This document shows positions 51,430-64,000 of a stretch of DNA of 64,000 nucleotides, one piece after another. The notes under the pieces were generated by a model. That model saw nothing but the letters and a program-made list of their open reading frames with translations. It did no database searches and was not told the DNA's origin. Both the position numbers and the translations under genes were made by a program. The stretch's first letter is position 1. Every line of letters starts with the position of its first letter. The stretch comes from Podarcis tiliguerta (taxonomy: Eukaryota): assembly GCA_965153285.1 (NCBI GenBank), contig OZ229113.1; one strand, 5' to 3'.

Positions 51430-54325
51430 TAATATATTGTTCACTGTTACTGAAATCAAATCATGCAATGTTTCCTTTTTCGGCAGGAAACAATTTGGCA
51501 TGTTTTCAGATAGATAGGCGAAAAGGTGGGCTGTGACTTTCCACAGTCTCAGGAGAGACATGAAACTAGTACCTGAAGTATAGGGTTCCTTCAGCTGAGG
51601 GCAGGAGGAAACAGAGCTTTGTTTTAGGATCAGGCAAAAGAGGCAAAACCTGCTTCCTCCAACTGCTGAAATCCTATGTGGCTTGGATGGTTCATATCCA
51701 AGTGCCGTTGGACAAGGTGAAGATTATTTGTTTACTGAAACGTAATATTTATAATGCAGCATTCCCACTGATATCAGTCCCTAAGATGGCTCAACACAAC
51801 CAGCTAAAACAATCCGTACAATACCAACAAGAATAAAAGCAACAATATTGCCAGTTTGCAGCAGTAAATCAATAAGGTAATCACAAATAAGGTAATCACA
51901 ATTTTTTTTGTTGGCAGGTGCCAAATTCCAAAGTCTGGGTGCCACCACATTCCCATTGGCTTCCCAACTCAACTCAGAAGTTGGGAACACCAGAGCAGAG
52001 CCTTAGCAGAAGATCTTAATGACATGACAGGATGAATTCATATGGGAGGCCCATAATCTAGCCAGAGCTCTCCAGCACTATATATTTTATCCTATATCCT
52101 ATATCAGTTTCAGGGCCACCAAGATTTCCTGTGCTAGTGCAATTCTTAGTTGGGAGGAGCAAAATTTGCCTACCTCAGCCAATCGCCCAATCCCGCCTGG
52201 GGAGGCGTTGCCAGGGGATCAGCTAGGTGAGGCGAGGGACCGCCCTGCCCACACAACAGAACTCCTCAACAATTAATAACTTGCCCTTCTATGCCAGCTT
52301 TCCTGATTAGACAGACACGCAGACTCCATATTGGGCTCTATGGACTCCATATTGGATTCTATACATCTTCCCTTTTTTAGGTATAAGAAATACTCCTTGG
52401 TGTGTATGTGTGTGTAATTTGAGCTATGAATATTCAGGTTATGAATAAAAAGAGAGATGAATCTACAATCAGATAAATTAATAATCAAATCTGTAATTAG
52501 TGCTAATTAATGAATCATCAGTTCAAGCTATACATAAGTGCCCAAGAGAATACTAAGGCAACATTCTGATAGAACAAAACACCATGGGTATGTCTCTTCA
52601 GAAGATCAGGGTTTATTTTAACCAGAGGCTCCAATTTTTCTTCCAAACAGAAAGAGACTAATGAAAGGTACCCAGAGTAACACAGAGAAGCAGTGCCAGT
52701 TTTTATCCACCAAGATGAAAGTGAGATAGATAAACAAGTTTTAACAAGAAATTACATCCAAGGAGCCCCAAATTCTATTTTCACTGTAAAGATTCCTCTA
52801 AATCTAGAGACACTCCATGGATTTAATTAACTACACTTCTTTTACTGGTTTCACAGTACAAAGAAGGCATGGTTACAAGGCAATGATGGCTTCTCCTGGT
52901 ATTATATAGGAGCTCATTTGAGCCTGACAATGGGTGAGGTGAGAAAGGATGGGAGGCAGGGGCAATGTTAGGATGGCCACATAAGCGTCATCAAAAAAAG
53001 AGGGCAGAAATTTGCATATGCTTATTTTAAAGATGTAAAACAAGCAATAGATTATTATAATCAAACTGAGATACAACACATTTCATCACAAAGAGGAAGA
53101 TTGTGACCTGCTGGCCAGAGTGCCTGCTTAGGCTGATGTCCAAGGTGCTAACTGTTGATGGGCAATTTCAAGACCCCCTCTCTCCCTTCTTAGGGTTATC
53201 ATGATCTTTCAACCAGACATCCCTTCACACAGAGGTCTGCCTTCTGAAAACCAGGACACATACTATTCAGTGTGCTGCTTGTGGGTGATGTGTTGTGATA
53301 GTCCTTCCACATTCTGCATGTGGTCCTCTGTGTCCAACTCTATTGACAGGGCCAGATTTAGATCAAGAGAGGCCCTAGGCTACTCCACTTGTGAGGCCCC
53401 TCCCCAATCCTCACCCTCACAACTAGAAGGAAGTGGAAGTGTTATAAACAAAACTGAGTGAAGACAAGGATGATGACGGGTATTTAAAATTCTGCAACTC
53501 ACAATTTCTCCTCTAAAGGACATAAGATATTATTGTTAAATACCATGGTGATTTTTTTAAATGCATAAAATTAACACTGAAAAACTTTTGCAATAACTGA
53601 ACTGTATAAACTTTTTGTGACCTGGGCAGGCCGGGTCTTCCTGTTATATACCTGCTGAGATTGACAAGGCATCTGATCCTCACCTGAATCTCATAGCTCT
53701 CCTGATGAGTGTTTGGGTCTGGCCACCAGATACCAGGCACTCTACTAATCAAATTAGGCCCCAGTGTTTTTGTTACAATCCCCTTCTCAACTAAGTAATT
53801 TTAATCTAGAATTTAAATTCCCAAAACATTCTTATTTGTTCATTTGAGCAAGTAAACTAGTGCTCTCACTTCATTACAAACAGTATGTCTACCTGCAACA
53901 CACTGCTCCTCTTCCTTTCACAGATATTTTGTTGCCATTGCAACTGTAGCTGTCTCCGATTAGTTATCATTTAACTCTTGGGGGAAATAATTAGCATCAC
54001 ACGTCAGATGCATGGAAGTTGCCAAACCAATTAGCCAACTAGAAGGATTACTGTTAATAGCACCAGTTTTCCTGTAACTTGATATTGTTGGATAGTTCTG
54101 ATGAACTGCAAAAGCATTTTTAGTTTGCTTTCTGTTGCCACCCTGGAACTTTTCTTTATTAGTGCCACTTTGTTTTGTATGATTCCTTGCAAATGAAGGA
54201 AAACAACTTTTCTGCTTGTATATGTTGATAATATAATTTTGGTTACTGAGGACACACAAGATTGTACAAAAACAAGATTGGGTACAGGCCTGGCCAGGAC
54301 ATAGGCGCCCTGACTGTGACAAAGG

Positions 54326-54327
<2 letters not shown>

Positions 54328-54356
<29 letters not shown>
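54328..54356 (+). repeat. (GT)n microsatellite
   Basis: Read directly from the sequence. Confidence 0.9.
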
Positions 54357-54568
54357 CGCTTGCTTGCTTGATAACAGCTGTTGGGAACTTCAAGGTCCCT
54401 GCTCTCCCTTCTGACAAGGTCCCTGCTCTCCCTTCTTTGTACTGGACCTGGAGACTCCAAGAGAGAGCATTCCATGTCAAGGAGGGCAAGTGGGCACCCT
54501 ATCAAATGGCAGGGCAGGAGCTACACAGAGCAGGGCCTTTTCACTGGTGGTGCCCATTGTATGCCTCA

Positions 54569-54948
54569 CTCTCTTTTGGCCTGTATTTTGGAGCTTTATA
54601 ATTTAGGAAGATTTTGAAATAACTGGTTGACAAGTCTTATCAGTCACTGACGTATGAGCGGATTTTATTTGCTGCTATTCTGGGCTTCTGGTGCACCAGG
54701 GTTTACACCAGCGTAATAGAGTTGGCCAACATGCCAGAAGGGATGCAGTTTATGAGCTTTCTCCATTATCTGCACAGCAGGGGGGGTGTTCAGTCAACAG
54801 TGCAAAAGCTGAGCTGAAGCGTTCCCTGCTGGTTACCTGCTTTCAGCAATAGGGGTCGCTGTTTGGTAGTACCCAATTGGTTAGCTGTCAGATTCTAGAG
54901 CTCCCTATTGGCGGCTCTTAGGTAATTCACAAAACACAGAGTCCATTC
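54569..54948 (-). repeat. Copy B of the ~380 bp long-range inverted duplication (partner 9149-9526)
   Basis: Reverse complement reads GAATGGACTCTGTG...GGCCAAAAGAGAG and is colinear with 9149-9526. Confidence 0.97.
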
Positions 54949-56319
54949 GGGCTGCTGCAGTTTTGAGCGGTTCAGTTAAAAGGACCTGCAAAACCCGGGT
55001 TCTAACTATATGCTACCAAACCCAGTTCAAGGTGTCAGTATTAATGATGTTTAAGGCCCTGAGCAACTATATTGTGCCAGTGCCCCTACAGGACCTGAGC
55101 ATCACCACCCCCCTGCCTTGCTCCTAGTATCGTAAATGCCTGAAATGCTATTGTCAGGGGACTGGCTCTACAGCATTGCCCTGCTGGGGCTGGCTGTTCC
55201 TGGACTACACTACTGAAAAAGCTCTCCCTTGTGGTTGAATAACCCATTGCCAACAGAGAAGACAACTAGAGAAGAGCTTCAGCAGAAGATCATATTAATT
55301 ATGTCCTCTTTGAGCGGATTGATATTAGCTTCCTAGCGAGTTTGTAGAGTTCACCTGTCGTATGGCACAAAGGCAGCACTTCTAGGCCCAGCCTCTCTCA
55401 GAATCCACAGAAGGCGAGCTCCGAAAACATACACTTTGGATTCTATCTCTATATAAAGAGATATTCTCAAGGAGCAGTGTTAAGTCTGCAAGCTGTTTTG
55501 CCACTTTGGTCCCTTCAGGTGAATTATTTTTTCCACACACACCCCTTCTAAACACAAAAAAACAATTACCGACCTCTTTGTTTTAAATTTTAAACATTCA
55601 GGCAAAGTTAATGTTGAGTTAGTTATCATTTTAAAAGTTCCTTCATTGCAACAGGGCAGTTGACTGGTACTATTGACTTCCGGATAGCAAGGGGATTATC
55701 CTTTTCACAAATGTGCACAGCGAGACAAGACACCCCATCACTTCCAAAGATGGATTCCTCTCCCCCCCCCAACAGTTGAAATAGAGAATATGATGCTATA
55801 CTACATTTATAATGATTGGTAAATCAAACTATGCATTTAACTCTGTGAATAGATTTCAGGTGGGCACAGAAATTCACTTCAGGTTATTCTCCTCTTCCCT
55901 CCAAATGAATTAACAGCCTGAGGGGAAATCCTCTACCAGTTTGACACTAATGCCGACTTTCCTAACTAATGCTTTTCACCTATGACAGTCACAGGTCAAT
56001 CGCAGCACTTGGCACCTTCTATAGCTACAGAATCGACCTGAATTTTCAGCAATGGGGAATAAATAAGCCTGTTGTGCAAATCTTGCTGGGTGTTTAGGAT
56101 GGGGATGGGTTTCTCTCAGTAAGCGAAAAATTTGACTGAGTGGTGAGTGGGAAATGCAGGTTTGATTTAGCAACTGCCATATTGTGTGTGTGTGCTTGTG
56201 TGTGTGTATGTGTAAAGCCAAGTTTTGAATGAATTTCAGTCCATTATATACAATTTCTACACACATGCACCTTCCCTCCAAAATGACAGTCATGCTATTA
56301 AGCATAATAATTGTTCATG

Positions 56320-56620
56320 AGTGAACGCTGCTTATTGTCCCTTTTGATTTTGCCTCTGAGGCAGGCTTCTTACTCAGCAGAAGTCAAGGGTCACCTGCTA
56401 AATCATGCATACCCACAATCCCTTGTGAATTATGCAGTTGACAAACTGCCGTTAATGATTAGTACAACCTGCATTAAAACCCTGGCACTAAATTGATATT
56501 ACTTGAGTGATGGATTACAACTCTAATGAGCAGATTATTGCCACAAGTGACCTTGTCGACTGAAAGAGTGTTTCAATATAACTCACATATCTAACCTTCT
56601 CCTGTCATAGCAGTGCTAAA
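56320..56620. promoter_or_regulatory. Candidate developmental enhancer (putative conserved non-coding element)
   Basis: TGATGGATTA (56508-56517), TAATGATTA, TGACAA, CTGTCA and nuclear-receptor half sites (GGGTCA, TGACCTTG). TE-free. Confidence 0.5.
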
Positions 56621-59600
56621 ATATATATACATATACTTTTTTAAAAACTCCAAATGCTTCTTTCTAATCTCTCAGTAAGATCTAAACAGCTTCTTTAAGA
56701 GGGGATTAGTCTCATTACTCTAGAGCAATACCCCAGTTGATATACTTTTAAAAATGTTAAATATATAAACTGACCAGAAAGCTGTACGATTCTGATGAAA
56801 AAATATTCCTTTTTTTACTTTTATTTTACCCTCCTATTCCTCAGAGCATTGATGTTCCAGTATGAGTTGCTAGCTTGACTGCAGAGGGTGATTGCATGCT
56901 TACCAGTATAAACATGAATGAACGTGTCATTAATGGCTATGAATGGAGGTGCTCTTTAAAAAAAAAAAAATCAAACTTTCTTAATGATTCAGGTAAAATA
57001 GTAATAAACTTAAAGAATTAAATCACGACACACACATACACACACCTGTTCACTGTGCATCATATTGATTTGTATGCTTTTTCAAAGAATCCATTCTTGG
57101 TGTGTAGGGACATCAAAAAAACTGTGATCTACCCCAGTCCAATTGCGGTTAATTCAGAAAGATGATGGTGACAATTTTCCTAGGGATTTCAGCAAGAAAA
57201 CCTTGCGCACAAACACATCCTGTGGCACAGAAGAAACAGCCTTTGTGTTTTATTTTAATAGACCCCCCACAAATGAAGCACATTCTGGCTTTTGTCCATA
57301 CATAGTTAGCAGCACATTCAGAAATGCTTGCCATCCTACATGAGAACAGATGAGGTTGGGGAAGGGAAGGGGAGATGAGAAGCTCTTTAATGATGGAACT
57401 AATTGAGCATAAGCCATGTTGACTCATAAGGGAGAAGGGGGAAGAAATCGCACGAGAGGAACAAAACACATATGCTTCGCCACTAATTTCCCCTAACCAT
57501 GAATGAACAGCTATGAACAAATAAGAAGAAGTTAAGAGGGGGTGGAAGATGGAGGGTTGATATACTATAAACTCCTTCCTATCGGTCACAGGGCTATTGC
57601 CATCAGTGTAAATCAGGAAAATAACTCAAGGGAGTTACAAGAAGAATGAAACCAACTACATCACAGCCAGACTGGTGTGAAGCCAAGCTCAGAGTACAAC
57701 CAACCGCTGTTTAATCTTGAGACCAACAGCTATTTTATTCCACTTACAGAGTTAGAAGCTCTATGAACACCACCTATTAGTAAAGGATATTCCAGAAACT
57801 GAAAAATGAACTCCACTTGAAACACAGAGCATGTTCAAACCATAAGCAATGGTTTGAAGCTGGATTAATTGAAACTAACCATAGTTAGGGTTAAGCAGCT
57901 GTCCATGGTTTGGATGTAACAATAAGTTAAAGGAAAGCAGTTGTTTCCAAACTTCATCCTTCAAGCTAGCAGGAGAACAAGATAAAGGAGCAGAGCACAC
58001 AGGCTCAGGAGGAGGCAAGGCTTGTTCGTGTAGTGATAAGCCATGGTTTAGCATGAAGGTCTTCATAGTTCCTTGCTGTCATTTTGAAAACGCTTGTAGA
58101 GAAGCTGCCAGAATCAGTCACAGATGTACATCTTTGTAATATGGGAGAGGAGAAATGTGAATCTGAGGTGTGGGAGTCGAACATAACATTCAGGGTCATG
58201 TGTCCTATTACAAGGGTTCTCCTTTGCTGTACTTTCTGGGTTCTCCTCTATATAGCACATATTGAATTAAATGGGCCTAACAGATCACTACATTATGAAA
58301 GTATGGTATAGCTGTCATCTTTGTGCCTTATTGTTCATCTACTATGTATTTTGGAAGATTGTTTGTGCATTCAAATGCAACTTAAGGTACCATAATCAAA
58401 TTGGTATGATGGTTCATGAGATCAAACAGCAAGTTTCCAACAATGTTCAATACACTTGGATGCCTTTTAGAATCAACATGGAAGACTGAAATTTTCCAAA
58501 CTGTACTGCTGTTAACCACTGATTTCAAAACTGCACTGATTTTCTTTTTGTTTCTTAGAATTCTCAAGCAACACCAGGTACAAGGCTGCTGCTAACTAAC
58601 TATTATTCTGCTGGGAAATTTTGAACTGTATCATTATTGGGTGTGAGTCTTTTTAATTAGGACCTTCTCAAATGAAAGAAATTCAGAGAAACTCCAAGGG
58701 AAAGAGGTTCATCATGGCAGACAGTGCTAGTACACCTGCCTTCCCTTTAAGAAAAAAAGTATTTGTTATTAAAGATAACTGGTTCTAGACCATTCTTCAG
58801 GAACAGAGTAAGGAGGACAAAACACATTCCAGCTTCACTACTTAAAATTAAGTAGTGAGGGTACAATTAGAGTATAGCAAAATTTAGCAGATGGAACAAT
58901 ACCAGTGCCTAAGGAAATTCTTGTTTTGGTATATATTTATATTATATCTCACATCTGTGAAATGTTTGGAGCTGCTATTTGCAAAACTACCATCTGGAAG
59001 CGAAAGAACATTTTATACTGGTCATTCCATAAACAGTGTTTTGGTTGGAAAAATTATTAAAGAATATCTCCCATGAAGCAGTTACTGTCTACTGGCTGTA
59101 CTTTACAGTGCCAAATTCTACTCTCTCCCAGCTATAAAAGGGCCTAGCGTGCACACACGGAGACAACTTTTATAAAGCTGTACAGCTTTTTAAGGAAGCT
59201 GTTAACAATTTCAATAGCCAGCAACAATCAGAGCGACTTCCATAAGATGCAGGGAATAAGAGGGCAATGTCACATCAGCATGGCATCTGTAACATCAGAC
59301 TCCAAGTGGCTGTCACTTGCTTCAAAAGCCTGAACGGCATGATCACTCCAGTGCAGAAAGTGAAATGCTGCAGGGCCTGCAACAATCCAGACAACCCACT
59401 AGCCAAAGTACATTCATGAAGTTCTATAAAAGCCTTCTGAAAAGTCGGAAATCGCAATGAAATTCTGACAACATTATAGCAGGTTACAGTTACTACACCC
59501 AGTATAATTTCATGGAACATAGAACTGTTAGGTCATGCCTGCAGTGCAAGTTTATTATAAAGTACAGAGAAAGTAAAAAAAAAAAATGTTCACGGTATAT

Positions 59601-59874
59601 GATTCATTTCAATCTTTTTGGCTTTATTCCTTGAGGTTACTCTCTGTACCAAAGGCATTGTCTCAGGTCATGATACGCAGACTTTTTGTGTGAAAAAGAA
59701 CATGAAACAATGACATAGATTTGAGGATTTAAGGTAATGTTTGTTTATAGAAAGTGTTGTTGTTGGGGTAGATGAAATGAATATTGTTTTTATACAGCTG
59801 ATGAAGAATAGGAAGTTCTTTAGTTTCTGAACTTTCTCTCTTTTAACATCTTTTCTATTTCTTTTTCTTCCTTC

Positions 59875-60074
59875 NNNNNNNNNNNNNNNNNNNNNNNNNN
59901 NNNNNNNNNNNNNNNNNNNNNNNNNNNNNNNNNNNNNNNNNNNNNNNNNNNNNNNNNNNNNNNNNNNNNNNNNNNNNNNNNNNNNNNNNNNNNNNNNNNN
60001 NNNNNNNNNNNNNNNNNNNNNNNNNNNNNNNNNNNNNNNNNNNNNNNNNNNNNNNNNNNNNNNNNNNNNNNNNN
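59875..60074. other. Assembly gap (200 N)
   Basis: Run of N. The round size suggests a placeholder length. Confidence 0.99.
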
Positions 60075-61479
60075 AATTTTATTACCAGGTATATATATCT
60101 CCACTGATATTTTCCTGGTTTAACATGTGGGGAAATAGAGGAAAATGGCAGAAATCATGAAATGGGATGGGTTAGCTCAAATGAAAACCTGCTTCACCAC
60201 CCAATCAACACATTTCCCAAATGTGATGGCTCTAGAATTGGGGGGGGGGGCTTTTCCAGACATTCTGCACTAGCAATTTTCCAGGGATCAGATTCCCGTG
60301 GAGCGTGGGGCCAGAGCCAAAAGTGGCCAAAGCAACAAAAGCAAACCTTACCTTTATACGGTAGGTTAGCTTCTACCCACACACCTTTCTCTGTCCTCCA
60401 CAGGCCCAAAGGAGGGCGAGCACGAATAATTTGGTGCAGGGAAATCAAAGGAGGATGTCAGAAACATTGTAGTGACTTTATCACAAGAAAAGGTAAACAT
60501 ATAACACCACCTGCAAAGCCCTACTGCTGTTAAAGTCTTGGGTTGGACACCAAAGCAGAGAGAGGTTGCCATGACTTGTCCACAAGGTGCTAATATGTTA
60601 AGCAAGCTACGTCAGCTGGCATCAATAGCCCAATCAACTCAGCCCTGGCTTAGAGGCCCCTTCCCAACTCCCATCCATCTTTCAGATATGGGAATAGCTG
60701 ACAGGCGGCCGGTGTGAGAAGCCTCTCCTCTCTCAACTAACTGAACCAAAACTAAGGTTCCAAAGCATCAAAGCAAATAAACACACATGAGAGCACATGC
60801 TTGCAGCAAATAAGTCCCTGGATTATCTTGACCACCAAGATGGTGTTTCCTGGCCTTCAGGAATGCTTTTGCAGTTTCGTTCTACACACCCTCCATCCAT
60901 GCAAGCAAGCAAGGAAGCATTGCCAGAGTTCAAGGACACATTCTGGCCAAGCAAAAACCTTCATGGAAGGTGCAAGGTGGAGTTGGTAAGGGGTACAGCA
61001 TGGAGATGGAGAATCACCCAGTCAGAGTCTCAATGGCCAATTAGGTAGGGCTGCAAGGTGAGTGCTATGAACAGGGCAACCTAAACAGCAGCAAACTGAG
61101 CCACTTTGTCTCAAGTGCAGAATTTCCGTATTAGTGGGTGATCTCCGGAGGAAGAGAGCCAAAGGAAGCCACCATGAGGCCTAAAGAATGGCAGCGATTG
61201 TTCCCACTTCAAAACATTTCTGTTGCCTTTTGTATTTAAAGAAGTTTCTTTCCTCTCCACAGCTTTGAACATAATTACTTTCCACTGTAGTCTAACAGAG
61301 TCACTAAGCAGCTGATAAAAGGCAAAGGAATCAGGACTATTTTCCAACTGAAAAAAGGGCTTTTTTTATTGGAACTGATAACTCTCACCAAGGGCTCCAG
61401 GCTTCTGTTACATCAATTTGAGGAACTCATAATCTCTGCATTATGAATGTTCAACCAGGCTATTTCCTGCTGAAGTGCT

Positions 61480-61800
61480 TGGCGCACCTTGAGCATTGCT
61501 TGCTTCTGTTGTCATCCTCGGTTAAACAGCTTTTGACACATTTTCAATATGATTACATTAGAACAAGTGGGCTGTGATTGATAACCTAATATTCAGGCCA
61601 TGCAAATCATCAATCACTGGAAGTATATTAATTATTCAATGTAACCGTCTAATGCAAGAATCAATGCTGGAAATGAAGAAAAGAAGCTCGCAGTTCCCAG
61701 TAGAGTCAACAGTAGATAATAAAAAAGGAATACTAAATAATCTGAGTTTATAATCATCTTTTTAATAAAATCCATTTATTTAGCTGTCAAAAACATGGTA
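61480..61800. promoter_or_regulatory. Candidate Pbx-Hox/Oct/Meis enhancer
   Basis: TGATTGAT ~61575. Octamer ATGCAAAT 61600-61607 overlapping minus-strand TGATTGATGA 61607-61616. TGACA and CTGTCA sites. Confidence 0.4.
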
Positions 61801-64000
61801 CAATTAGGGTGGTGGTGGTTGTTTTTTAAAAAAAGGAAAATAGGATAATGAAAATTATTATTATTTCCTTGAAGAAAGACGTTCATGCTTTTAAGTAGTG
61901 ATTACATTAGTGGCTTTAAAAATGAAAGCTGTAAATGAAAGCAGAGATAGATTCTAGGACAAACTGTATCACGAGGGATTTAAGCTGTCCATTTTATATA
62001 TGGGGAGTTTAGATCTGAAACCATGAGGGCATCTGCACTATAATACTCTTTAACCAGTTTGCTGAAAAGAAGTCAAGGGAACGATAGTTCTGTAAGATGA
62101 TGATTGCTGTCTGGCAGGAAATTCTCTTTATTTTCAAAGTTAGTGTTCCTATAATACCATAGGAAATGCTATACAGTAACTGACGAAGTGGTTTGAAAAC
62201 CTTAAAAATCAAATCTCCATGCAAAGGTTTTGAAGGTGTGAACACATGGAAAGAAAATGTACAGGTCACTGGTGTTGCTTTATTGCTTCTTGCTTGCAAA
62301 CATTTATCCCCATGTCAACATTGACAACAACACACATGTGCGGTAAAACCATCATTCATTGAGAGGAGATCAGGGAATTATCTCTCTACAAGCTGTAGTA
62401 CTAAACTATTTTCAGGAGAAATATTGTAGCGTCTGCATTTCATATGAGAAACGACAATGGATTGAAAAGCAATCTGATCACTTACCCTATGGTAAGAACA
62501 AGGATTAATTAGAATGAAGTTAGCATAAGCTTATATTAGTTTACATTTGAAGGGCCAGTCTTCTCTTTAGGCAGTTTTTCCCACTCTTTTCCCACCATTT
62601 TTGTAGTTTTCCTGCTTTGGGGGGTCCGTTTTTGCACTTTAAATTGATTTATCTAATTATTTCCTGGTGCCACATGTATATGTAGTCATGTGTGAACCCT
62701 AAGTGGAGAGGCGCCTGTATGCATGTGTATGTGTTTGGATGGGCAAATGGACATATCGATATATTCACACTGCATTAATGTAAAATGTCGATCACTGTGG
62801 TCACTTGTACAAACAGCCATAAAGACGCTGTTTTTAAAACTAAAACTTTTTCTTTTAGCAAATACAGATGTCACACCTCCCCAAAAGACCAGCACAGTCC
62901 TTTTGCGGAGAGGATTGTGGAAACATACCACTATGTTGCCACCCTTTGATTGTATTGCCCACAGACTGTGAATATGCAAGACGCCTATCAGCAGCTGTTC
63001 CATAAACGAAAGCTACTATTTGCTCATGCCACCTCTTCTGCTGCCCTATTGAACATGTCATCAATCCTTCAACAGCTCTCCTTATACTGTTGCCAGTGTT
63101 TTGTTCCTGTTGCCCAACTTTTCTGTTTTTTAAAAAAAAATAGTAATTTGATTAAAAATGTCTCCAGTCAAAGAATCTCATGCAAAGCAAGCTCAGTAAT
63201 TCGAAACCTCCCCTCTAAAGTTTTCTTTGAAATGTTAATAAAAACCTTTTTTTTTTTTTGCTGGGACAAAACGCCATTGGCAAACTAAAGGTGGCGTTTA
63301 AGACTTGAAGTGTTAAATAAATTCCATAACGAAAGCAGGCTGACGTTTACAGAACGCTGCAGTTAGTGGCTTCAGCAGAAAGCTGCAATGAGTCCAAACT
63401 GAGGGCACAAAGAAATACATAGAATAATGAACAATATCACTACACAATACAATACACAACACATAAATTAAGATGCGGAATTGGTTGTCACAAGACGTGT
63501 TTTAAAATGGTATTAAAATAGGGATGGGGAATCTGTGGCCTTCCAGATATTGATGGACTACAACTCCCATCATCCCTAGCCTGGGGCTGATGGGAGTTGT
63601 AGTCCAGCAGCATCTGCAGATCCAGTAGTTCCTCACTCCTGGATTAGGCAAATGTATAGGTCTATCAATGTCTCTTAGTCAAGATAGCTATAACGGGGCT
63701 TCCACATTTGGAAGCAGTAAGCTACAATACTAACTGCCGAGGAACTATAGCAAAAGTGGACTATAGTATTGACTTCAGGATCTGTTTGTGGTCTTCTTGG
63801 GTGCATCTGGGTGGATTCTGTGGGAAGTAGGATGCTAGACAAGATAGGTCTTTGGTCTGATCCAGGAGGACTTTTCTTGTGTTCCTAATATGTGTGTGCG
63901 CAAATATATTAAATGTTATCAATTTCTTCTTGCATCTTAATACAGGAGTCAGTGTCTGACTGTAAATCAGGAAAATAAACAGCAAAAAGGGAAAAAGCAA

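Noticed and set aside
53960-54505. 181-aa and 152-aa overlapping ORFs
   Set aside because: They span the (GT)n repeat and a tandem duplication, have non-ATG starts and show no recognisable homology.

Overview
Eukaryotic, AT-rich, CpG-depleted genomic DNA from a squamate reptile, most likely a lacertid lizard. The basis is the repeat content: Sauria SINEs, a BovB LINE, and lizard-type L2, L1 and CR1 fragments and MITEs. I recognise no host protein-coding exon. The only ORFs with recognisable protein similarity are dead retrotransposon fragments (BovB, L2, L1). The window reads as a gene desert or very large intron, with TEs interspersed among TE-free blocks rich in TALE/Pbx-Hox, octamer, RFX and E-box motifs (candidate conserved enhancers). 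There is one 200-N gap. The main unexplained structure is a ~380 bp sequence with no recognisable TE hallmarks. It occurs twice in inverted orientation 45 kb apart (9149-9526 and 54569-54948, ~93-94% identical by hand alignment). Secondary oddities are a MITE carrying a CpG-island-like first-exon fragment and a MITE with a locally templated 79 bp insertion. Family names come from recognition of sequence, not database searches. Boundaries without a TSD are approximate.
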